Shown: positions 1 to 9,003, numbered from the stretch's first letter. The stretch: 13,807 nucleotides of DNA from Azolla caroliniana (GCA_043228905.1 JBHGNT010000926.1:1-13807), one strand, 5' to 3'. Translations and numbers: made by a program. The notes: a model not told the origin generated them from the letters alone.

Positions 1-26
1 AATAACAAAACTCAATGCAAAAACAC

Positions 27-1194
27 CTGCAGTTGCATGAGTAGATTATTCACAGTAGCTCCTCCATCGACACGAAGAAGGAAATCCCCCTTGGACTGAG
101 CATCAGCATGCATAGCTTTCAACACTTCCTTAGCTTGAAAGCACATACTCTCTAATGTAGCTCGAGCAATGTGACCTCTATTAGTAAACCGGGTAATCCC
201 AATGCACACACCTCTAGCATCATCTCTCCACCAAGGGGCAAACAAACCATTAAAAGCAGGCACAAAGTAAACACCGCCGGAATTTGGAACAGTATTTGCT
301 AGCTCTTCAATCTCACTTGCGGTTTTGATGATACCTAAACTATCTCTCAACCATTGCACTGCTGCTCCAGCTATGGCAATTGATCCTTCGAGGGCATAGT
401 TGGTTAATGCATTTGCACCCAATTTGTATGCAATTGTAGTCAGTAAACCATGTTGAGACGAAACTATCTTCTCACCAGTGTTCAGTAAGATAAAACAACC
501 TGTGCCATAAGTACTCTTTCCTTCTCCCACTCTGCATTTCTGACCCAATGTCGCAGCATGCTGATCACCTAGGCATCCCGCGATGGGGACTCCTTCTAAT
601 GGCCATCCTTCCACAATTCCACCCACAATCTCTGAATTGCTCACAATCTTTGGTAATATTTCTTCTGGAATGCTAAGTTCTTCTAGTGTCGGCTTGTGCC
701 AATTTAAAGAATGCAAATCCATGAGCATAGTTCTGGCTGCATTCGAGCAGTCAGTGACATGAACCCCTTGATTTACCCCTCCAGTTAAGTTCCATATAAG
801 CCATGAGTCCACAGTGCCAAAGAGAGCATCTTTGTTCTCTATTGCTACTTTCACTTCAGGAACATTTTCAATGAGCCAAATCAGCTTCAGTGCACTAAAA
901 TAGGTACTTATCGGAAGACCGCATACATTTACGAAATGTGTAGCACCTCCACTGAGCTTTGCCTCTACGCGTCGACAAATAGAGCTATTGCGAACATCCA
1001 TCCAAACAATGGCATTGTACAGAGGTTTCCCAGTGCTCTTGCTCCAGACGATAGTTGTCTCTCTTTGGTTTGTGATCCCTATAGCCTTTAATGACTTATC
1101 CACACACTTCCCTGCTGCTTTGGCTTTTTCCAATGCTTTTTCCATGCATATCTGGGCAGTTTGTAAGATTTCCATGGGGTCATGCTCAACCCAT
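27..1194 (-). CDS. GLI1: Glycerol kinase (FGGY family), coding exon 2; gene continues beyond the left edge
   Basis: Translation has glycerol kinase motifs WVEHDP, GITNQRETT, NAIVWMD, GTVDSWLIW, GDQHAA, KSTYGTGCF, YALEGS, PAFNGLFAPWW and VDGGA. Acceptor TTGTAG|A at 1195/1194 and donor CAG|GTGTTT at 27/26. The MYHCR start and VFLH* end of the track ORF are intronic read-through. Confidence 0.95.
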
Positions 1195-1984
1195 CTACAA
1201 TGATACAATATATTGAATCATCAGTTCCGTTGTCTGGAAGAATAATCATGGCAGACATAAAATCGCAATTGCATGCATTCACTTCATGTTGCGTTCTTAT
1301 ATAGCTGCAAAACATGTTAGATACAAAATATGCTTGAAAGGCAACATGTGCTTATGGGAATAGAGAAAACAAGGTTCATGTACAGGCATATTTTTTCTAG
1401 GTAGGAACAGTTCATTACACATATTTCCTCTACATTTTGATGATAAATATAGAATCATGACACATGTAATTGTCACAGATTTAATGGTCATAAATATATT
1501 TGACATAAGAATGTGTAGCATGAAAAAAGGACGAGACACATGTTTCATTCACATTAATCCTGAATCAAGAAACATGTCGTGGGGGCTGAGGGATGAAATA
1601 TGTTCCATATAATCTTGAAATTTAAGAAAATATAAGGAAGACTGTCACGCGTAATGGCCATATGTTCTTTTTCCTGGATAAGTCTGTAACATGTAATGAA
1701 TTCTCCTAGGGTTTCATGGAAGTGAGACAAGTTTATGAAGACCGCGATATGAAACAGATGCCATTAAACTTCAAAGGGTACGATGGTTGAGTCATGGTTA
1801 CGAATCTGTAATACGTAAATTTCGCAGATTCTATGGCTAGGGAAGATGTAACATTCACAAGTTTCATGGCTAGATTAAACTGTTAAACAAGTAACGATCA
1901 CAGGTTTCATGGCCAGATGGGGGAGCTAAGCATTCATGGAGATGATGGAGAAGGAGGAGGCTTAAGATTACGGCATATTATTAC
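1195..1984 (-). other. Glycerol kinase intron 1 (790 bp, GT-AG, phase 2)
   Basis: GG|GTAAT donor at 1984 and TGTAG acceptor at 1195. Splicing gives the in-frame ...PQPG(GG+A)WVEHDP, matching the family motif. Confidence 0.92.
1848..1918. repeat. Degenerate 28-bp direct repeat (43-bp period) in the intron
   Basis: gtaacattcacaagtttcatggctagat (1848-1875) vs gtaacgatcacaggtttcatggccagat (1891-1918). Further tcatgg-type cores lie at about 1712, 1792 and 1965. Confidence 0.65.
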
Positions 1985-2109
1985 CCAGGTTGAGGACAGA
2001 TCTGAGAGAACTCGAGCTGATGGGAAGCAACAGGGGTAGCATTTGCGTCATAGATGATGAAACGCGTGGATGTGGTGCCCTGGTCCAGTGCTCCGATGAA
2101 TTCCCCCAT
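1985..2109 (-). CDS. GLI1: Glycerol kinase coding exon 1 (not in ORF track)
   Basis: Manual translation [42 protein letters not shown] contains the DQGTTS ATP-binding motif. The ATG is in GCC ATG G context. Confidence 0.95.
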
Positions 2110-2111
2110 GG

Positions 2112-2135
2112 CTCTCTCTCTCTCTCTCTCTCTCT
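2112..2135. repeat. (CT)12 microsatellite, i.e. (AG)12 in the 5' UTR ending 2 nt before the glycerol kinase ATG
   Basis: Read directly from the sequence. Confidence 0.9.
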
Positions 2136-2290
2136 TCTCTCAGACACAATATAGCACTCTCTTTCTTCTTCGTTCTTTCTTTCTTTCTTTCTCCTTCCCT
2201 TTCCTTTGATTCAATGCCTCTGATGCAGAAACTCACACTCTGTGTAAGGCCTCTCCTCTTTCCTCATTAATAGAAGCTGGATGCAGAAAC

Positions 2291-2437
2291 TTAGGGTTGG
2301 CGCAAAGCAGAAATGATTAGGGTTGGTGGCGGGTTTAAAGGCGATCCAGCAATCAACGACAAAGTCGGATAAGCGTTCAGTTTAAAAAGACTGAGTCAGA
2401 TCCGAGTCTTCTGCAGCAGGAGGGCTTTTTAGGGTTT
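2291..2437 (-). promoter_or_regulatory. Telo-box AAACCCTAA (2429-2437) and two AACCCTAA half matches (2291, 2317) upstream of glycerol kinase
   Basis: ttagggttt and ttagggttgg on the plus strand. Function is inferred from the motif only. Confidence 0.35.
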
Positions 2438-2553
2438 CTCTTTTCCCCTTTTTATTGTTACTTTCTTTCGATCTCCTTGGATGGGAGGTAGTTTTTCTTT
2501 GTCCTTTTCTGTTCTCTGCTACCGCGCCTCTGTTTCTGCTGGTTTCTGTCGTT

Positions 2554-2610
2554 TTCTTCTTCTTCTTCTTCTTCTTCTTCTGTCTGGCGATGGCGATGGC
2601 GATGGCGATG
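2554..2610. repeat. Adjacent microsatellites (TTC)9 and (TGGCGA)4
   Basis: 2554-2580 and 2585-2610, read directly. Confidence 0.9.
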
Positions 2611-2617
2611 AGGATTC

Positions 2618-2725
2618 GAGGGTTTTGCGAAATTGCAGAGCCTACCCCTCCTCCGTGTCTACAAAATTGCTCTTGAGGTTTCACGGAATTCCCGAGCCTA
2701 CCCCTCCCATCACAAAAAAATTCTT
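2618..2725. repeat. Degenerate tandem duplication of about 57 bp
   Basis: gaggg..aatt..gagcctacccctcc..acaaaa..tctt occurs at 2618-2674 and 2675-2725, with an exact 14-bp core gagcctacccctcc. Confidence 0.65.
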
Positions 2726-2775
2726 GACTTGACTTGCCTTGATTGATTTGACTTGACTTGACTTGACTTGACTTG
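2724..2775. repeat. (GACTT)n pentanucleotide array containing seven TTGACT W-box hexamers
   Basis: TTGACT starts at 2724, 2729, 2748, 2753, 2758, 2763 and 2768. Confidence 0.85.
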
Positions 2776-4403
2776 ATTGGACCCGTCCCGACCTCTGTGC
2801 TTGTCGCCCGGCCGACCCATACTTTCGGGGGCGTAGTTCGATAAATACATTTTCAAATTCTTGTATTCCTGATTGTAATTTGGATCAATTTTGAAGCTAT
2901 CGTTGTTTTGGAAAATCATTGCACCCGTCGTGAAAATTTCCGACTCGGTCATAGTTACTCCAACCCTTGTTGGAGTTGTTTCTATCGTTAAAGACTAGGA
3001 GGGTGACACGAAGCACACTCCATGATTTCGGTTATGCTGTCAAGTGGATAAGCAAAGCGCATCCCTACGATTATCGGTGATGATTTAATCCTTGTTTAGA
3101 GTTCTTGAAAGCTAGTGCAACGTGCGAGGAATTCTATAAATGATGTGTAATGTCCTTGTTTGAGAGGCATTCCAAGATGACACACTCTTCTAATTCTCAT
3201 ACATTTAGACAACTACCATAAATAGGGAGTCAATGCTTTGGCTTCTTATACATACATCATTAGCTTTTCGTGGGGTTCCTTTCATTGACATTTTTATGTA
3301 ACTCCTTTTATGGCTCTTTATGGGACCTCCGACCCACACATAAAGGCCATATATGCAAGTGCCTTCTTTAGTGGGAGGTCAAACTAGATTGTCCCATAAC
3401 TCTCTCCACATGGATGCTTTATGTGACTGGCTTCCAAAACAAATTGTAGTTTAGGCTATAAATACTATGCATAAAGTAGTAAACTTTATTCAAAATTAGG
3501 ACCCAAATTTTCATTCTTACGTTAGATTTAGATTACCTTTATTGACATTGTTTTTAGCATACAAATAGACAAGTCCAAAATTTGTTTAGTGTCAAAATAA
3601 GCCCATATTTAGACTATTAACTAACTCAACTTTGTGTTCTTAATCAATATATGTGACACATGTTTAGTTTTTGGAGAAAAGACAATGTAGGTTTGGAGAT
3701 GACTAGTTACGAATGATTAAGTACTAGAGATGGTTTATGGCAATACTAGCTCTAATGACAATGTGATTAAATAAAACAAGAAGTAATTGCACTATTAGAG
3801 AAACATAAGACTATACTATGATATGTTATATTGAAGGATAAAAAGGATAGACGGTGATGTATGGTGTACACTGATAAAGATGTTTAAAGTATCCCTAGGA
3901 GGTTGTCATTTAACACAAATATTAACAATATCTAAAGGATGATTACTTCTAGACTTAGCATCATAATAGCGACCATGCAAATACAATACTTATCACACAC
4001 ATCACTACTTACACCCTACTATATGTATCATTCACATAAAGGTTTATTGGCCCGATTTAACCACTATACCCAACTATCGGAGGGGTGCTCAAGCTCAATA
4101 TGATGCCCCAAGATTCAACACTTTGATAAAATTTCTTTGGTTCACAACACTATAATTTCAAGTTTAAGATAAGATAACTTGGGGCACATGTTTTCATTCC
4201 TTTTTATTTGCAATATTCAACCAACTTTTGGTTCATATTTTTTAATGCATGGATAGTTTGAGAGAGAAAGAGATTCATAGATAAATTTTATGATCATCTT
4301 GAGTGTCTTGGTTATTTCAACCCACAATGTGAAATCACTCATATAAGGGAAACAATGGAAAAAATAAATAAAGGTTGAATAGACAAAAAATTATGTATTA
4401 TTT

Positions 4404-4721
4404 TACGGAGAACAATATTCAAACACTACACCTCTACTTTATAAAGCATTAGATTTACCAATCACGTAATTCATCTTAAGTAGAAAATAAATAGAAACAT
4501 AAATAGAGATCTATTAAATATATTTATTAAAGGTACTTTGTATTATGGCATGACGTGCTAAAATGATATATTTCATAGAAATAGAAAACTCATATAGAAT
4601 ATCCATGTGGAAGAAAAGCATTAGAGAAACTTAAGTAATATAGTTCTTGTTTTTGGCTCTCTCTCTCTCTCTCTTTCACCATCTCTATGTTTGTCGTTTA
4701 AGGATTTCCGAATTATTTACA
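4404..4721 (+). repeat. Putative 5' LTR of the copia element (right end firm, left end unresolved)
   Basis: Ends TTTACA directly before the PBS and has a (CT)9/T-rich U5-like tract at 4645-4700. No partner LTR is in the window, so the start coordinate is a guess. Confidence 0.35.
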
Positions 4722-4733
4722 TGGTATTAGAGT
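4722..4733 (+). other. Primer binding site, initiator tRNA-Met type
   Basis: CA|TGGTATTAGAGT vs the canonical TGGTATCAGAGC (two C>T changes). Confidence 0.8.
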
Positions 4734-4820
4734 GCAACGGTTGAGTCTGATCCCCTGCAACCGGCTTTCTTGTACACAAAAACAAGTAAACGACCAACAC
4801 CAAAGAAGAAGGAGAAGAAC

Positions 4821-6586
4821 ATGGGAAGCGCACTGCCGAGTGAGAAGTTGGAGTGCAACAACTATGCATCCTGGTAGTACAAGGTGCACTAGTACTTGCT
4901 TGGGCATGGATACTGGAGTTATATTGAGGGAGTGAATAAAGTAGCACCATAGTCGACACATAAGGACTTCCCAACTTGAGAACATGCAGGAAGTAGAGTG
5001 CTTTACTGCTTGCATCCTGTGTGCATGACCAAATGTTGGGCTACATCATAGATGCCAAGATGCCGAAAGTGTCTTGGGAAAATCTGAAGAAGATTTTCGC
5101 TGTTGGCACTACAGTAAAAAATCTACAGCTCAAGCAGGAGCTCAATAACGCCCGACAAAAGGACATGTTTGTGGCCGACTACACTTCTAAAATCAAGGAC
5201 ATCTGCGACTCATTAGGCTCCATCAATGTAAAAGTGGACGAAGACAAAATGGTGTAGATATGTCTAGGAGGTCTAGTGCATGATCCGAACCGCTATATGC
5301 ACGAGGGAGGAGCCACCCTCATCCTTCGACTTACAATCAATGCTGATGGTTGAAGAAAACCATGCAGGGATGACAAGTAGTGCGTTCTCTGATGGCCAAA
5401 TGTTGTACACTAAGGCAGATCGCCCTTGTGGTCATGGTCTTGCACCCATGATGACCGAAATCGATAAAGGCTGAATACAATGGTCAATAGGAGTTAGGGA
5501 CCCACCACAAGAAAGGGGAGTCATCAGAACAAGTCGATCGATTGCTAGTACTATGGCAAGAAGGGCCACAAGGAAGACGAGTGTTGGAAAAAGCAGGCTG
5601 ATTTGGGTAGAGCCGAAACCAACGACCGACAAAAGCCGCACTATGTTTGTAACACGGCATGATCGAGAGGTGACCCCATGTTTGTCATGAAGCATCAGGC
5701 CAACTCAATGGAAGCAAGCACCTCAACACAAGGAGAGGTGTGGTTCGTCGACTAAGGAGTTTCTAACCATATGATGAACCATGAAGAATGGTTCAACACT
5801 CTGAAGAAGCCTGAATAGTTGACGGAGACCGATGATGACACCGTCCACACAATCGAGCACATCAGAAAAGCAGGCTGATTTGGGTAGAGCCGAAACCAAC
5901 GACCGACAAAAGCCGCACTATGTTTGTAACACGACATGATCGAGAGGTGACCCCATGTTTGTCATGAAGCATCAGGCCAACTCAATGGAAGCAAGCACCT
6001 CAACACAAGGAGAGGTGTGGTTCGTCGACTAAGGAGTTTCTAACCATATGATGGACCATGAAGAATGGTTCAACACTCTGAAGAAGCCTGAATAGTCGAT
6101 GGAGACCGATGATGACACCGTCCACACAATCGAGCACATCGGAGATGTCCCTCTGAGTCATGTCGGCTAGAGAGGATGTATGACGAATGTCTTGAATGTG
6201 CTGACAATCCCCAAGAATTTGGTGTCGGTTAGACAAATTGTCGACCAAGCATGCAAGTGCGATTCAATCACGACAAATGCTTCATTGAAAATGGTGATAA
6301 TGTAAATGCAGGAGGACACAAAGAATGACAGATGTTCATGCTGGACACCAATGATGTTGGACCGCTATATATACCAAGGGATAGAAAGTTGAATCACATA
6401 TCAAGTTGTGGCACAAGCAGTTCGGCCACATCAACTTCCTGAAACTCTAAGACATGCAATGAAAGCAAGTTGTATTCGATTTACCGAAATTTAGTGGCAA
6501 AAAAAGCAAAACTTGTGAAGCATGTTAGCTTGGAAAGAAACATCGGCATCCGTTTCCCAATGAGCGCAATTGGAGTAGCAACAAGC
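4821..6586 (+). pseudogene. Copia gag-pol remnant (gag N-terminus, UBN2-type gag, zinc knuckle, protease twice, GAG-pre-integrase)
   Basis: ATG 4821: MGSALPSEKLECNNYASW*YKVH*YLLGHGYWSYIEG, then WENLKKIF..LQLKQEL..DYTSKIKDICDSLGSI. Knuckle C*YYGKKGHKEDECW at 5543. Protease WFVD*GVSNHM at 5741 and 6018. Then KNLVSV, LWHKQFGH at 6406, and CEAC*LGKKHRHPFP at 6514. Confidence 0.9.
5589..6142 (+). repeat. 277-bp tandem duplication (5589-5865 / 5866-6142)
   Basis: Constant 277-nt offset. I count five mismatches, all transitions, and no indels. Confidence 0.95.
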
Positions 6587-6711
6587 TGTAGAATATTTGA
6601 TTGGCCACAACCGATTCTCAAGCACAAGAGGGAAAGAAGGAACATAGAATTTAACACAGAAATAGAGGCACCGACACAGAGACACAAGATGTTAACGTGG
6701 AAAACCCTATA
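6587..6711 (-). mobile_element. 3' (U5) tip of an inverted LTR from a second, probably copia-type, element
   Basis: Copia coding similarity stops at ERNWSSNK and is followed by TGTAGA. The reverse complement reads AGGGTTTTCCACGTTAACATCTTGTGTCTCTGTG...TTCTACA, a T-rich U5-like tract ending in CA with a GGGTTTTCCACG word I recognise from plant copia LTRs. Confidence 0.6.
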
Positions 6712-7352
6712 TGTTTTGAAGAGCGATCCATCATGGGTTCGAATCCTATCCTGGTCGCCAAAATAAGTGTTATAAGTTTAGGGTTAGGGTTATGGATGGA
6801 ATGTTGATTATTGATGATGGAGATGGTGTTGAATATTGATAAGCATTGCGGGGTGGGGGGTGGTGCGTACAATGGCTCCACCTGTTGTTCAGAGGACAGA
6901 AATGTAAATTAGGAAATTAGCGAACGGCGGTAGTGTAACTGAGTAGGTAAGAACGCCAGCGAACACCGAGTCCGAGTATCACGGGCTCGGCTGTGTATTA
7001 GGGAAACGTTATTTAAACGAGGTCCAGTACCTCAGAGGAAGAGCAAAAAATATAGGCGGAAGCACTAGCATATTCCATCGTAACTAGATAATCCTGTAAG
7101 GTCACCAGCCGTAGGCCGTGTTCTGTAATCCTTTGGGTGTTGCAGTAATATATATCTGATTTGTGCCCATCTTGCTCCATGTGTCTGTGCTTTTTCTCAT
7201 ACTTATGATTTCATCGCCGTCCACGCCTATCAAGATCTCGCTAGTGTTTTATCTCTGATTATTTTCTCCCTCACGACGCCTCTATTTACGAGCCTTCACA
7301 TACCACGCCCTTGGATACCGATAGCCGCAGGTCTATCGAAGGTGTTCACACA
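6712..7352 (+). repeat. 5' LTR of the gypsy element (about 641 bp)
   Basis: TGTTTTGAA...TTCACACA imperfect inverted termini. Ends 3 nt before the PBS. TATA-like TATTTAAA at 7010-7017 and a T/C-rich U5-like tract at 7150-7300. An alternative start TGTTATAA lies at 6768. Confidence 0.65.
6733..6760 (+). other. tRNA 3'-half-like sequence (T arm, acceptor strand, CCA); not a full tRNA gene
   Basis: Stem ATGGG / loop TTCGAAT / stem CCTAT, then 7 nt CCTGGTC, discriminator G and CCA. Includes a perfect B box GGTTCGAATCC. Confidence 0.7.
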
Positions 7353-7355
7353 ATT

Positions 7356-7366
7356 TGGCACGCCCA
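7356..7366 (+). other. Primer binding site, tRNA-Arg type
   Basis: CA-ATT-TGGCACGCCCA is complementary to a tRNA 3' end ...UGGGCGUGCCA, a PBS type known from plant non-chromovirus gypsy elements. Confidence 0.75.
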
Positions 7367-7421
7367 ATTACAGCTGTGAGTGCACAACGAACTTCGTTGA
7401 AGGTAACCACCAGCTGCCGTT

Positions 7422-9003
7422 ACGGCGCCCCCTCGCACCACGAGGTCTCGGCCACCTGCCCGACGCCCTGAGCTAGTCGAAGGAACTTCCGACTCGGCGG
7501 TCACTGACCAATCCTTTCCCGAGCAATCGGAGGCTTCCCTATTGCAATCCTCGCCACCGAACACTCGATCGCGAGTTGATTCACCACCAAAACCCCCGCC
7601 AAGCCCTTCGGAGGTCAATCAATTGGAACTAAACCCTTTTCCGGTGCTACTAGAAAACCTAGAGTACGACATCATGCCGTACCCATACCCACGATACACC
7701 GACGGACCAGACGCGGAGTCACACATCCGTGCCTTCATATCCACGTGGCAGGCCAACCACTCAACGCACCGCCTCACTCCGGCCGAAATCGATCCCTCAA
7801 AGATTGCCGAGTTCACACTATCCCTCGATGGACCGGTCGCACGATGGTACTCTCGCCTCAAAATAGGAGAGGCCACCACTTTCCAAATCGTGCGCACAAA
7901 GTTCCTTGAACTTTTTCATCGCGAGGTGCCCAAATGGGAACTACTCTGACAATTCTTCTCTATATGCCAAGAACTGCACGAAACGGTCGCGCAGTTCACG
8001 ATCCGGTTCCAGGATCTCTATAGACAAGTGGCCGATGATGTCTCGGCACAACATATACCGGACACTTTCCTGTCCAGTTTACGAGAGCCTCTCCGAACAA
8101 CTCTCGCACTTACAAATTTCGCCAACCATACTATCGAACAAGTCATAGCGCGGGTTCTCGCCCTCCATCGGACCCAGCACGACGCGGCCTTCTCGATGAC
8201 ATCCTTACAAAACGCTCTTCCCCAAGAGGACAATCGCTTTCGCCAAGCTCTCCAATGCACGACGTGTTCAGGATCAGGGCACCTGGCCCTCGAATGTCCC
8301 CACCGACCACAATGTCTGATCTGTTAGTCTCGAGCTCACACTGTCGAGCAGTGCGAATATAATATGCTGAACCGCACAATGGCGGCACCGGTCCGCCAGA
8401 TCAAGCCAAGAAATACATACTCTCGGCAGGACGAGCGATATGCCTATCGAGACCAGGATAACGATCGACCGCGATCCCCGGATCGGACAGCGCCGAGACG
8501 ACGACTACCGACGAGATGACCGCCGTGATCGCTATCGTGATGATCGGCACAACGATTATGACGATGATTGCGATGACCGGTATGACCGACGGAACTAACG
8601 CAATGATCGACGATACGACAACTACAACTCACGCAACAATAGAAGAAATAACGACAACCGCTGACGAGACGCTCCTCAAAATGACCAGCGCAACTCCAAC
8701 GCACCTCGGACCAACCCACCACCAAACGAGACTGGGAATCAACCACAACAGCTTCCACACACAGACCGAGCGGACACTAGCAACTCGGCCAACGTTACGT
8801 GTTTTAAATGTAACCAACCAGGCCACTACGCCACGCAATGCCCAACAACCGACCGTGGCAAGGCACCCGCGGTAAATAGTATCATGGCCGATGTTCAAAC
8901 CGTCACTACCCGGAGTAAAGCGTAGACTACACAGTGGCAAATCCAGGATGAAGTCCGTCAGGCAACAAAAGAATGGATCGACACGGCCAATAAAAATAAT
9001 GTC
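7422..9003 (+). pseudogene. Gypsy gag region (capsid-like domain, three CCHC knuckles, RD-rich tract), disrupted
   Basis: Frame is open from 7407. Contains KIAEFTLSLDGPVARWY..KFLELF and Q..ETVAQFTIRFQDL. Knuckles at 8256, 8313 and 8800. Stops at 7947, 8325, 8596, 8662 and 8923, and a frameshift near 8488. Confidence 0.85.

Larger units (their letters stand above)
4404..6586 (+). mobile_element. Decayed Ty1/copia LTR retrotransposon, 5' part, interrupted at the integrase N-terminus; left boundary approximate
   Basis: LTR end and PBS at 4720-4733, followed by gag, CCHC knuckle, protease and GAG-pre-integrase in copia order, with many stops and frameshifts. Confidence 0.85.

Noticed and set aside
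12-1208. 398-aa ORF as a complete single-exon gene
   Set aside because: It lacks the N-terminal DQGTTS motif (found in exon 1 at 1985-2109) and the C-terminus. Both ends are intron read-through.
2231-2236. Minus-strand GTGAGT donor suggesting a 5' UTR intron
   Set aside because: The downstream sequence is purine-rich, with no convincing polypyrimidine tract or YAG acceptor before the ATG.
2048-2952. Short ORFs with poly-K, poly-F, poly-L, ER and QVKSS repeats
   Set aside because: They are translations of microsatellites with no recognisable domain.
2957-2998. 8-bp perfect hairpin actccaac-cctt-gttggagt with a downstream CTAG as a Helitron 3' end
   Set aside because: The spacing of about 18 nt is longer than typical, the base after CTAG is not T, and no 5' end is identifiable.
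5589-6142. 277-bp direct repeats as a pair of LTRs or a TRIM
   Set aside because: The copies are directly adjacent, encode protease-region residues, and lack TG..CA ends, PBS and PPT.
6685-6760. Complete tRNA gene
   Set aside because: No GACCAGG 5' acceptor strand, D arm or anticodon arm at the expected distance. Only the 3' 28 nt fit.
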